Positions 11,406 through 23,500 of a stretch of DNA of 64,000 nt are shown in pieces. Source of the DNA: Oikopleura dioica. Taxonomy: Eukaryota; Animalia; Chordata. Under the pieces are notes generated by a model. It saw only the letters and a program-made list of their open reading frames with translations. It was not told where the DNA came from and did no database searches. The translations under genes were made by a program, and so were the position numbers. How positions within the stretch are numbered: the stretch's first letter is position 1; the number at the start of each line of letters is the position of its first letter. The stretch is taken from the NCBI GenBank assembly GCA_907165135.1, contig OU015569.1:9015889-9079888 (forward strand), written 5' to 3'.

Positions 11406-12365
11406 TCAGAGCATCACTTCCCGATCGTGGGAAACTACTGAATCCTTTTTGCCAACGATCTGTACTTTTTGGTTTCTAATTTGCTCGACGATGGACTCGC
11501 GTTGTTCACCTGAAGTGTTTCGGGATTTTCTCGAGCTTCGAGAGCGACGACTAACGACAGTGATGTTGCCGGCAGTGTCACTATCTTCATCCTCGCTCGA
11601 CTCGTCTAACTCAAAGTTCTCCCCGTTATCAGATCCTAGAAAGACCGTTATGGAAAAAAATGGATGATTCAATCTCGGAGTAAAACTCATGCTTACCCGA
11701 GTTGGTGTGTCTAGGACGCTCTACTTCTTCGTATCTCTGGAGAGAGTTGCCCTTCCTTTCCGTTGTATTGAATCGATTTACGATTTCATCTAACTTCTTT
11801 TGTCGAGTTTCATGATCGTCAGATTCGCTTTGTCTGATGCAGTTCTTGTTTGACAAGCGGGCAGGGGGAATCGGAGCAATTTCAGATGGTGGCTAAATAC
11901 ACGTTAGGTTTTTCGAGCTTTCTACTTATTGTCGAACCGGCGTGTGACTAGAGGGAACGTTGACATCACTATTAACCGATTGATCTTCACTGCAATACTC
12001 TTCAGCTGATTCTCCTTCTGACTCAGTTTCAGTTTCGGATTTCAGTCTTTGAAATGGCTTCACCCGATCATTCGATGTTCGATCTTGGACTTCTTCTTCT
12101 GAGTCGGCATCGCTTGTGTTCATAACAGCTAGAGAAAAATATAATATACTTTATTTTATAAGCAGACAATTTTACCCAGAACATCAGCTAGAAGATCATC
12201 GGTATCAATCGTCGGTGGCTCGATTTCATCCTCCGAGTCTGTCTCCGAACGCCTTCTGCGGAAGATCTGAGGTCGGTTTGGACTTATGATTGTTTCCGAG
12301 TTTTTCAGGGTTTTAATTTTGAATTTCTTCTTTGGTGAAGTATCTTCGATCGCTAAATACATCAT
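11406..12365 (-). CDS. Hypothetical Ser/Asp/Glu-rich, phosphoprotein-like protein in several exons.
   Basis: Minus-strand ORFs 12156-12365 (...RRRRSETDSEDEIEPPTIDTDD...), 11926-12123 (MNTSDADSEEEVQDRTSNDRV...SETETESEGESAEEYCSEDQ...), 11629-11856 and 11406-11690 (...DESSEDEDSDTAGNITVVSRRSRSSRKSRNTSGEQRE...) follow one another. The products are acidic and serine-rich and show low complexity. Confidence 0.3.
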
Positions 12366-12662
12366 AAAAATCCAGAAACGACTATTTCTCTGGCTAGGCT
12401 TCTAATTCAATAATGCGCGTTGATTTATGGCTATAAAAGTCACTTTAGGCCAAGCATTGTGCTTTTCAGTGTTGAAAGATTTGTGGGATCAAGATCCTTG
12501 AGTCAATTTCCAAATAAGTTAATTCCAAAAGTATCGTTACATCTGCTTCAGTTTCCCGCGCCATGAGATCAATAAGGCGCCCAGGAGCTGGGTTCTGATA
12601 GTATTTAAAGAAACCACCCGGGCAGACTTCAGATCAATTCAGGTTTAAATCAAAAATCTAAA

Positions 12663-12878
12663 ATGAAAATTGTCTGCATCCTCCTAGCCGTTTTCTTTCT
12701 TCTCAGCCCAGCAACAGCAGCCACGGCGTCAAAATACCACCGTCTTGCAAAACTTAGCAGATGCTTCAAGCGGATCAAAAACCCAGCTCCTGTGAAGGAC
12801 TACGTCAAAAAACAAATATCAAGTTACAATAACGAGCGAAAGGCAAGATTGGCCTACTTGCTCAAGTTCTTAAAATGA
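12663..12878 (+). CDS. Small secreted basic peptide of 71 aa, with a paralog at 15536-15733.
   Basis: The ORF starts with ATG and reads MKIVCILLAVFFLLSPATAATA|SKYHRLAKLSRCFKRIKNPAPVKDYVKK... The N-terminus looks like a signal peptide followed by a basic mature region. The segment around the predicted cleavage site, AT-ASKYHRLAKLS, resembles AYTASQYHLKSIRS in the second peptide. Confidence 0.35.
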   Translation: MKIVCILLAVFFLLSPATAATASKYHRLAKLSRCFKRIKNPAPVKDYVKKQISSYNNERKARLAYLLKFLK

Positions 12879-15535
12879 ATTTCACCTGTAACAATTTTAA
12901 CTTGCTGTCAGTCCTTTTTTTATTCATGTAATTGTCCCGATAATTCATGTTCAATGTCTCAATAAACACGAAAATGACAAACATATTGTTGAAAAATGCT
13001 TAAAACCGAATCGACATAAGCTGATTTAGGATCAAAAAAGCTGAGGGATTAAATCATGATGGAATACATTAGCTCAGTTTCCGCCGGAAGCTTTCCGGAG
13101 ATAAATCCATACCTTTCAATATTTCCGGCTTGGCATTATCCTTCCAGGATTTGTCGGAGTTAAGAAAGCCGGTCTCGCCAAATGACTCGCCACTAAATAT
13201 ACACATGTCTTTGTCGTCTGGAAACATCATTATAACAACGAAAACAAATCAAAAAGTCGACTTACTTCAAGCCAACATGAGCGAGATGCCGGAAGTCGTT
13301 TCTAGGAGTTGAAATTTCCAACTTAGTCACAGTATTTTCTTGAGGAGTCTTTCCAGTCCTAAATACTCGATGAGATTCAGCAATTAAACACATTTTCTTT
13401 GAAACCTTTGAAGAGTGTCCCTAAACGATTTAGTTCGCTCTCTTGTCCAGTGTATGGTTTTTTGGAAGGGATTGTCACGCGGACTACTTCCTTTACTTCC
13501 CTTTTTATGACTTTCGCGGGGTCTACTTAGAGTGGCCAAAGCATGATATTATTTTTTTTATAAATTCGAAGGTACTCCAACTCGTTTATTAAAAAATATA
13601 ATTAAAAAAAATCCATGAAAAGAACATATTTTGGGGGAAAATAGACCGACCCTGTGGACTTCATTATTGACACTTTGGTGTTCCATTATCGGCTCTTTCA
13701 AAAAATCAAAATCTTCTCTTTTGTTATCTGTTTTACAAGTGTTTTATGTTGTACTTGGCGGGGTAAAAAAGTGTGGCGACACTTGTTGTTTTTCGCCGAG
13801 GCCGCGAAGAATCATAACTCATTTACGATTTTGCCTCGCGAACTCAGCATAGTAGTAAATTTTTAGTAGCTAAATAGGTTTTCACGTTTATGATCTCCGG
13901 CATTTCAAGGTTTCAATGGACTTTTTCGGCACGCGAATACTTACTCTAGCATTTCTCCTCAGGCTCGCTCTTTATTCTATCAACTCAATAACGCTCGTTT
14001 AGAAATGATATCAAATCGCTCGTAATAATAGAACTATAAAAATTTATTGGAAATAAAACTCGAAATATGAGGCCAAAAGACATTCATCAAAAGCTTACTC
14101 ACAGTTTGAAAACAGCGCTTATTCATGTCTTTTTATAAATGCTGTTTTTTTAATTGCTGAATCGACCCCACAAAATATTATTCGCAATGTGCAGGGGATG
14201 GTCATCGAAGTAGCTAGAGATATTTTTTTTTATATATTTTTACATGCGATCAAGTATTTGGCTGGCAAAGAAACGACGAAGTTCAATCGCTCAAGAATGT
14301 TAACAAGTGACGAAAAGTGCTGTGATGCCTGATTTTATGACGTTGACGAAATAATAAAGATTCCAGTAGAATGTTAAACACATGGACGTTCCCCCTATCG
14401 ACATCAAGGATGCTCGATATAAAATTGGAAATCTGAGCATGTTAATTTTATCACATAGCCCGGAAATCTGGGACTAGCAAGAATCATTTTATCATTCGAT
14501 GGTGATTCTACAGATGAAATGATTGTCGACCGTATTCATAAACTGAGACTCACAAAAAAATCTACATTTAGATGTGCTGAATGAGTGCTAGTTTTCGGTG
14601 ATAAAGTTTACCTTTGCATCTTTATCTCTTGTTTCTGTCTGGAGCGCGTTTCCTCGCTGGCCCGCTGCTGATTTTGGCTTTTCTAAATAATCGCTGAAAT
14701 GGAAAGATCTTTCTTTCTAAGCAACGCTACATCGAACATTTTCTTATAAGACATGAAAAGCAAAAGTTATACTCACGCCGTTGATTGGGAGTCTTCTCGG
14801 ATCCAACTGTGGCGTGCTTTCCATAAGAAGTTCTATCAGTTTTTCACTTTCACTTCTTCTCTGTCTGCATAACCCCATGAGAAAAAAAAAGGATTTCTCT
14901 CAATTGAAATTAACAAAAATAGAAACTCAGAGAGTTGATTAGGACACTTATTCACTGTTCTGATTCTTGCGCTTATTTTCTCATCTGCGGTTTCGACAAG
15001 AAAGAAAAGATATGTTAAGAACTTTCCCAAACTGATTTTCTCTAATTGGCGATTTTCTTTGTTGATTTTCCTCCCTCCGTCCTCGCTGAGAGAGAAGCCG
15101 AATCTCTGTCGAATTCTTCTTCATTTTTTCGCGTGATTTTTGACGAAAAAGAGACATCACTCGCGGTAAAAACTATATATATTCTCTATTGAGATTAATG
15201 CTTCTTAATGGGATTTACACGCTCTCTTTTCCTATAACTCTCGTAGAAATATCCGGGATTATATCCCTTTTCCTAACGCTGAACGTTTCTCGTTGTTTCT
15301 TTTTGAATATTTTTGCAATTAAAAATGCGTCTTTTGAGGGGAGTGTTGGCGGTGCGAAGTAATCAAAGCAGTCAAACCATCATCATTCCCACACATGCCA
15401 TCGTTTTATCACCCTTGCTCGAGCCTTTTGCGTTTTATGCATTTCCAGGGGCCATTATTCATTAGAAGCGCATCAAAAGGAATTTCTCAGAGTGCTGCAA
15501 TCAACGAGCAAAGAGTTTTTAGAAGATTGATTTAT

Positions 15536-15733
15536 TTATAATTGGATGTTTAGAAATTCGGCGATTCGTCGTCGGTTTTCAATCAGGCGAGCAAGTTGAT
15601 TGTCGTCAAGCACAACCTTGACTCGCTTCATGTTGCGGTAGGATCTGGATCGGATGGACTTCAAGTGGTATTGGGATGCAGTGTAAGCTTGGACGGCAGA
15701 GAAAAGAACGGAGATGATTAGGAGTAGATTCAT
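15536..15733 (-). CDS. Small secreted basic peptide of 65 aa, paralog of 12663-12878.
   Basis: The product reads MNLLLIISVLFSAVQAYTASQYHLKSIRSRSYRNMKRVKVVLDDNQLARLIENRRRIAEFLNIQL. It has a signal-peptide-like start and shares the ASxYH(R/L)L(K) segment with the first peptide. Confidence 0.35.
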   Translation of the reverse strand: MNLLLIISVLFSAVQAYTASQYHLKSIRSRSYRNMKRVKVVLDDNQLARLIENRRRIAEFLNIQL

Positions 15734-16377
15734 GTTTATTTAATTTATGATTTAAATTATGATTTTATTGTTGTACGCTCTTCTTTCATTTTGATCTGGT
15801 TTTATATTCCCAGAGAGAGAGCACTGGATCATTATAATTTGTTCCTCGATCTGTTGGTGCCCTCACATTTGGCGAGAATCGCAAAATAAGCTTGCGCTCT
15901 ACTGACATAAGCTCACATGATATTGACTTTGACGGTTAAAATCTATCTTCTGAACCCTACATTCACCATGACTCCACTACGCATATAAAACGACTACATA
16001 CTGTAACAGTACATGGAATCGACAGGAAATCAATTCGTCGTATTTATTCATTTATTTACTCAAATTAGTCTTAGATCACCTTTCAAAGTAAGTTTTAGTT
16101 TGTTGTCTCTTTTCAAAAAAACTATTTATGTGAAAGCATGTGAGTTGTATTTTGTGTCCAAAGTGCTTTTTGGAAGTGTCTGCGTTCGAAATGAGTTCGA
16201 AGGTCGCCTCCTCCTATAAAACGGCGCCGCTCGAATAGGAACTTGAAAGATTTACTTTCTATCATAAAATCGAACGAATTACTCGCGAAAGTAAATTTGC
16301 GAACGAGTCAAGTGTTCTCGCCTGAAAATACCCTCCAAGCGTTCGAAGTGGCGATATTATCGACTTTCTTGTAGGAG

Positions 16378-18771
16378 ATGATTTTAATCCCGCTTCTTTC
16401 GGTGATTATTGAGGGAAAGAGAACATGTCAGGGAACAGACACGCTTGCAAAAATACGAGAGCAGATGAACACAAGAGGATATGGTAAGCGCGAGCGATGA
16501 TATTCTCAGTTTTACGACAATAGATATCTCTTGCATAAATTATTTCTGCTGGGAGAATCTGATCTCAAATTAATCAGAGATAGAAAAGCTGTTTTCTGTT
16601 TGTCAGTATTTACGTCACTACTCCAGCAAAATATATATTCCTTCGTTAAGATGGCTACATTGTCCCCTCAGAAGATCATCACCTAAATGAGTACGTTGCT
16701 CCCGAATACCGTCGACGCGGTTTCATGACTGGGCTGAGCGGAAGTGCGGGAACGGCAGTGGTCACTGCCACTTCAGCTGCTGTCGTCACGGACTCACGCT
16801 ACTGTATTGCAGCTGAAAAGGAAGTATACTGCGATTGGGAGATTATTTGTCCAGGGAGCTCCTCTAACGCAAGAAAATGGCTGTCTGATAATCTTCAAAG
16901 AAAAGACAAGGTGGGAGCAGACCCTTTTCTGTTCACAGAATCCAGCTGGAATGCATATAAAAACCATCTCGACGATTATGAAATAGACCTTGTGGAAGAC
17001 CAAGATAATATCGTCGACAAAATTTGGAACGACCGACCAACACCATCGGATGAGCCACTAACTATTCAATCCGATGAAATCTCTGGAGCGTCAGTCAACA
17101 AGAAAATATCTGATATTACAGACATGCTCGAAACGATGGGAAGAGACAATCTTTTCGTCACACGATTAGGAACGAGCTCGAAATAAATTCGCTGCGAGAT
17201 TGCTGATTCATGACTAGTCTTACTTTTCGTGTAATTGTATACTGTTATTTCGATTCTCGCGGTAGATTCTATAGCTTGGCTGCTCAACCTCAGGGGAGAT
17301 GATGTTCCTTACACGCCCGTTTTCTTTAGCTATTTTCTGTTGGAAAAGAAAAACGGTAGCTGGGAAAGAAGACTGTTTGTGCGAAACAATAAAAAATTTA
17401 CTCAACCCATCATGAAACATTTGGGAGCCGCAAATGTCATGGTTGAAGAGTACAACCATGCGAATGATGCGATTCTTACACTCCAGGTTCGACCGTCGTA
17501 ATCAAACAATACTTATGCTCAGACATTTAGGGTCCATCACTTTTTCCGGGGACAGGAACTACATGGGGGATGCTGAGTATTGCGAAGAAAGCTGCAAATA
17601 TTGCACTATACTCATCCACTAATGATCGATGCCCAATTGAGTACACAAAATCAATCAAAAATCCTACAGAAATTGCTAATTTCCGAAAATACTTGAAAAT
17701 TGACTCGATTGCCCTCGCCAAAGTTCTATCCAAAGTGGAAGAGCTTATGGAGGATCCATCTGGAGATTTAACCGAATATGGTGTCGCTGAGATGCTGATG
17801 GAAACCCGGCAAAACTTGTCAAGGTGTGTAGACCTATCGCCATAGTTATCCATATAAACATTCCAGCGATTATCGTGGAGAGGCATTTGGAGCGATTTCT
17901 GCCATCGGAGAAAATGCCGCAGACCCACATTACGATCCGCCCGTTGAGAATTCATCCCCACTCCGTAGAGATACGACGTTCCTCCTCGACCAAGGTGGAC
18001 AATACATTGGTGCTACATGCGATGTAACAAGGACCCTATTCTTCGGTGAGCCACCTCAAGAAGTCAAAGACAGCTACACTCGTGTCCTCCAGGGAAGAGT
18101 TACAAAATGATAATGTTGTATCAGAGTAATCAAACATTACCCTACAATACCAAGTACAACTCACACAAGGGAAATCTCGCAATGTCTCGTGGTATTTATC
18201 CACGAGGAACTCCTGGATACCAGATGGAGCCTTTCGCTAGGCAGGCTCTTTACAAAGATCACAAAAACTACGGACACGGAACTGGGCATGGTCTTGGTTA
18301 CTATTTGCTAGTCCACGAAGCCCCGAACGGTATCGGTGGCGGACCTTCTACCTACAATTATGCGGGGTTCGAGCCGGGAATGCTCACTAGCAACGAGCCA
18401 GGCTACTACAAAAAGAATGACTACGGAATTCGAATTGAAGATGACGAGCTGGTCCTCGATGATGGAGACGATTACATAAGTAAATCAAAGGACAATTAGG
18501 CAGACAATTGATTTACTACCTAGGATTCGAAAAACTAAACTACGTCCCTTATGAGCGTTCCCTCATAAACGAAGACCTCCTTTCTGTAGAAGACAAGCTT
18601 CAAATAGACGAATATCATGCAAAATGTGCAGATCTCGCACTTGAATATAAAGAGGATCATCCCGACGCAGCTGCTTGGATTCTAGCTCGGACTGAGCCTC
18701 TTCTTCAGCAGTCTTCAGCGATTCATTCATTCACTTCAATCTTCCTTTTTGCCCTTTGCTTTCTTTTTTAA
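16378..18771 (+). CDS. XPNPEP1: Xaa-Pro aminopeptidase 1 (aminopeptidase P, M24B family), in several exons.
   Basis: Exon 1, about 16378-16483, reads MILIPLLSVIIEGKRTCQGTDTLAKIREQMNTRGY and is followed by a gtaagc donor. The next exon starts at about 16650 and reads ...GYIVPSEDHHLNEYVAPEYRRRGFMTGLSGSAGTAVVT, compared with the human [38 protein letters not shown]. Later exons read ...ILAVDSIAWLLNLRGDDVPYTPVFFSY..., ...KNPTEIANFRKYLKIDSIALAKVL... and ...FGAISAIGENAADPHYDPPVENSSPLRRDTTFLLDQGGQYIGATCDVTRTLFFGEPPQEVKDSYTRVLQG... The metal-ligand region reads ...YKDHKNYGHGTGHGLGYYLLVHEAPNGIG...GMLTSNEPGYYKKNDYGIRIEDDELV... Confidence 0.85.
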
Positions 18772-19047
18772 CGTGGGAAAATAAACAGACACTCTTCAGA
18801 AAAACACTAATCTTGTTGATGAATAAGGCAGTTGGAGGAATATATTTTCATCTGTTTGCGCGTGATGTCCATTGTCGCTCAATATCTCGCTCTCGCTTTC
18901 TCCTCTCTTCCTCCCGCATTTCATGGTCGTGGATGTCCTGAATCGCATTTGTAACAGAAAAATATGGAAACTCCCCTTGAGAGGAAGACTGTTTTCCGGA
19001 GAAAAAGATGAAATTCTTTCATACGGAAAATCAAGGAGTATTTGATC

Positions 19048-20011
19048 TCATGCTTTATTTTTCCGAAGAAAATTTCCCACATCTGTTTGAGAGAGAGAAC
19101 GAGAGAGATATCCAAAACCATACTTGTAGTATCTTCTACTACCATACCTTGTAGTATCCCCTATCGTATTTGGTCTTTTCTTTCTTCTTCTTTTTCTTTT
19201 TCGGCTCGACGATAACGCATTCATCTTCGGAGTCTTCAATATGTTTCAATAGGTCTCTCGCTACTTTGGGCATTTCACTTATCCATGTAACTCTAAATGT
19301 GCAATTTGAAACAGGATATCCTGTCCACTATAGTGGATTGATGTACTTGCTTGATTGCGGATGGCTTCATTTCGTAGCACTTTTGATGGGCAGAAAGAGC
19401 TTCTTCGTCGTTGACAAAATGCGCGATGACGGAGCCATTTGCACAGTTGATAGCTCCACTCTCCTCGACCATAAACGCGTTTAAGCTTCTTTTCAAGTGT
19501 TTTGTTGTAAACTTGGAGCGGTTTGTATTCCAGTTCAGTTTTAATCTGATCAGCCCACTGTTGCTACCAGCGGAAGGTGCTTGCGTCCCAGAGCTGGCTC
19601 CTGAAGGCTGAATTCAGTGAATGCTCTGTAAAAATGCAAATCACATTTTATTATAATTCTGACTAAAGATCCTCCCAAGCTTCGACAATAAATTTTCTCC
19701 GTGCTCACCTTTTCGGAAAAGCGCGATGCCCGCTTTCTGCCCTCCTTCTTCTTCTCTTCATATTCTTTCCTGAGTTTCTCCGATCTCCCAGTGTCTTGAT
19801 CAACTTTGACTCCTTTATCGCCCTCAGCGAGGAAGTCGAAGGCTTCTTTTAGTTTGATGAAAAGCTCGTGAGCTTCTGCAGAAGGGTTTCTATCAGGATG
19901 ACAATCTCGAGCTTTCAAACGATACGCCTTTTTAATTTCTTCTTTTGTCGCATTTACAGGAACTCCGAGAACTAAAAAGAATTCCCTGTTGAAAATTTCA
20001 TGAATACTCAA
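19048..20011 (-). CDS. DNAJC17: DnaJ homolog subfamily C member 17-like protein with a J domain and an RRM-like domain. The 5' end may extend upstream.
   Basis: ORF 19550-20011 (-) reads ...[55 protein letters not shown]..., a J domain with the HPD motif, followed by [28 protein letters not shown] 19293-19496 (-) reads ...[19 protein letters not shown]..., compared with DNAJC17 GTAVVEFATVKAAELA. ORF 19048-19239 is a basic tail. An intron-acceptor-like ttttcaacag sits just 5' of the first listed codon. Confidence 0.55.
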
Positions 20012-20159
20012 AAATATTTCAAAATTATATAATGTTTGATTAAAACAAACTGCTGTAAATGCTTGCGTTCTCTCTTACGTTTGAAATGGTGAAGCCCCTC
20101 CACCATTCTTCGCCAGGGGGTGTCTATTCTGGGGAGGAATTTTTCGAAGTGAAGAATTG

Positions 20160-20538
20160 AGGCGCTTTCGGCCAATCACGCAGCGCGTCTTTCCTTTTTC
20201 GACAAATTTGCAGCGGCGGCGACACCAAATCGGCTCCGCTCAATTTCGCCAAAGAAAGACGCCAATTCGTGGTGCACAATTTTGGTGTTTTCTTTTTCGC
20301 AAGAGAAAACAGCTCTTCCGAGCCTGCGATTGAAGAACATTTTGACATTTATCTGCACACTTAATTAGGAGCGTGTTCGAAGTACCAGCTTTTGCTTGTT
20401 AATTATTCATGATTACTTCTAGAGAGTCTCATAAGTGGAAATTTGGGAGAAGAATTCTGCGTTTCGTTTTAGTAATTCTATCTTGAACACGAAAAGTATA
20501 TTTATTTTTTGAACGAGTGACCCCGAGAAGCCTTCATC
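20160..20538. promoter_or_regulatory. Putative bidirectional promoter between the DNAJC17-like gene (-) and the PP6R-like gene (+), containing CCAAT boxes.
   Basis: The region lies between two divergent gene starts. It contains GGCCAATCACGCAGCGCG at about 20171-20188 and GCCAATTCG at about 20261, and is GC-rich relative to its surroundings. Confidence 0.3.
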
Positions 20539-23500
20539 ATGTACTGGAACATGATGGTAATGTCCATTTGCTTTCAAATAGACTTCATGCCATTTTTGTA
20601 GGGACAGTACGACTCGCCGCAGATCGAGAATTTGCTGCAGCGCGAGGATTTACAGTAGGAACCGACAGCTCCTCTAAAAAACCGACATCATTTTTCAGGA
20701 TAAGTGAGCTGCTAGACGAAGACAGTATAATCAACGAGCTGATACATCGAAACGAGAAGCTCATACAGTATCTCGCGAAGGAGGATACTCTCAAAGCAAT
20801 GCTGGACTACATAACGAAAGATTGTGGCTATCAAGAATTCAGCATGGATAACATGGACGAGTTCAAGACGAAGCAGCTCCGTTTCAAACGCGCTCATCAA
20901 GTAACCGAATTGCTTAATGCGGACAACGAAACTATCTCCAAGGCCCTCATCAAGAGGTAACGAGCATTTTCTTTCAGGAAGATAATCCTTTTGGCAGCGA
21001 GGAACTCACATCGCAGTTGTTGGACATGCTTCAGTGCGAAAAAGACCTGAACCCTCTGCTAGCCTGCTTTTTCTCGAAAATCATTGGAAGTCTGATGAAG
21101 CAGCATCCGGAAGATACGTGGACTCTGCTCAAGAATCGTGATAATTTCGTCGACGATATTATGAGACACATGTCTACTTCGGGCATTTCGGATTTGATAA
21201 TGCGTCTTGTCGTCTGCCCGAGCTACAACGATCAAGTCCGCTCGGAAATTATAAATTGGATGGTCGACGAAGAGCTCGTCGAGAAACTCATCAACCTTAT
21301 CAATCTCGACGAAGGTGTCCACCGCGATCTTCATACGTAGGGTTTATTTGATTTGAATAGTGTCTTAAAGAAGATGTAGATATGCAACGAACACGATAAA
21401 CGAGCTCATATCTATCTTACGAAATGAAAATACAGAAGCCGCGCGGTGCCCCCTGCTTAATAGACTTACTCAAAAATCAACAATCGAAAAAGGAAATGGT
21501 TGAGTTGTGGTCTATTGAAAGGCGCCTTTGGGCACTATTATTTACGATAATAAAGCAAGATCCCAACTGCGTCATTTCTGGGCTCTGGAATTAGCTTTTA
21601 ACAACTAAACCAAATTCTAGTGATCGCTCAGATGCTTGTAGAACCTATAAACAGCGCTATAGTCGCGTCCACAGGGAGCATTCTCTCAACATATCTGGAA
21701 AAGGTGCAGCGAATCACACCTTTCGCAGCTTGGATCGACGATCCTGGCCAGGAGAGCGACAAATACTATCCTTCAGCTGCTCCTTGTGTTGATACTCTTG
21801 CTAACCATGTGTCTAGACTTAAGGAAATTCTCCGAAACCCACCGCCAGAGCCTGCTGTTGCCTTGCCTCACTGTGAGTTCGGGAGATTATCTACTTGCTA
21901 ATTTGGCTCTAGGTCGTCTTGAAAAGCCTCTGGGACGCGTCCGTCTTCAAATCATTCGTCTTATTTCCGAAGCCATTCCACAAAACGTACAACCCTTCTT
22001 CAACGCACTAAAAGATGAAAAACTATTAGATATAATTCTTTCTCTCTTTATTGTAAGCGACCCGCATCGTGACTCCTCGTTGATTCCAATTTTCAGGAAC
22101 ATGACAATAACTCCTTTCTTTCTGGATACGTTCGGGATATGATTATCCACCTTCTAGACGCAGACTATTACACGTCGGACCTCTTTCAGCATCTCATTAA
22201 AGATTGCAGGATTCTAGGTGTGTCTCTTTTATTTTCTTTGCATCTCTATTTTTCTCTTAGAAAGGTTAACGAAAGCCTGGGAAGATAGTGTCGAGGAAGA
22301 GCTTCAAGGTCAACCGAGAAGGGGGTACATGGGTCATCTTTTTCAGATTCTGAGGGTATGAGTTTGAATACTTGAAAAATTCACACACTGATAAGGTGCT
22401 CTTCGATCTTTTGGATGACGAAACCGATGAGGAACCGAAGTCCAAGTACCAGGAAGAGCGTCAACAGGTTATTATATTTCTAGTTCGTGGTTTTAATACT
22501 TTCGTAGCAAATCAAAGACCATTTGGCAACGAACGACATTACGGAAGAGGAGCGGAAAAGATGGGACGACGTTAAACAGTGTATCAAGGATAGAAAAAAT
22601 CTGTATGCAAGGGAGCTTGGAAGAAGTCAACGCGCTTCAAGTATGTTATTCGTGATTTATTTGTTAGAAGAACACTTTAATTAGGCCCACCGACCGTGGA
22701 CCCTAGTGCGAACTCGGAAGATCAGCTTGCGAGATATCAGGTACAGCGTTGATATCAACTAACCCAGTAACTCAGAGTAAAATTGTCGAAATCAGGTCAA
22801 TTTTATATGCGAAATTAAATTCCACGAATCCATGACTTTTGAAGCTGACTTTAGCAAAAGATAAACACGCCATTCGAGTATGAAGACAATTTCGACGACG
22901 ATAACATTCGCCAGGAAAACCTCAGCGACGATGATGATGAAGACAAGGAAGCCAGCTTCGAAAGCCAGCTCCGGGACAAAAACGACACGCGCGACTGGTT
23001 TGGGACTGACGACAGCAATAAGGTATTCACGTATTTTTAAAATCGCTCTACTCAAATCTAGGTCGTGGATAACATGATCATGGATACCAACCAAGATCCT
23101 TGGGGCGAACCTGCGGAAGACAAAGGTTAGTGGACGACCATTTGCATGGTCTTAATTTCGATTTCAAGAAAATGCGGACTTTGGAAGCCCAGGATTCGCT
23201 GACTTCGGAAACTTCGACACTCCAAGTTTTGCGAACTTTGACAGTCCTGCAAATACGTCGAACACTTCCAACACGTCTGTAGAGGAAACAGACTTTTGTC
23301 CGCCTTCTTGCTCATCACCATCTGCCGAAGAAATGGAGAAATACACGGATAAAGAAGAAGTTAAAGAGGAGGAAGAAAATGAAGTCAAAATGGAATGCGA
23401 GTCAGCTCCCAAACGTAAGAATTCGTAGTGACAAAGAGGGAGTGTTTCTATCTCAGTTCTCTAACCAATTCGTTAGGCAAAAGACTTGATGACTCGTCAA

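Noticed and set aside
18338-18365. tRNA-like T-arm string GGGGTTCGAGCCGGG
   Set aside because: It lies inside the well-conserved XPNPEP1 coding exon, which reads ...YNYAGFEPGML.... No acceptor stem or anticodon arm can be folded around it.
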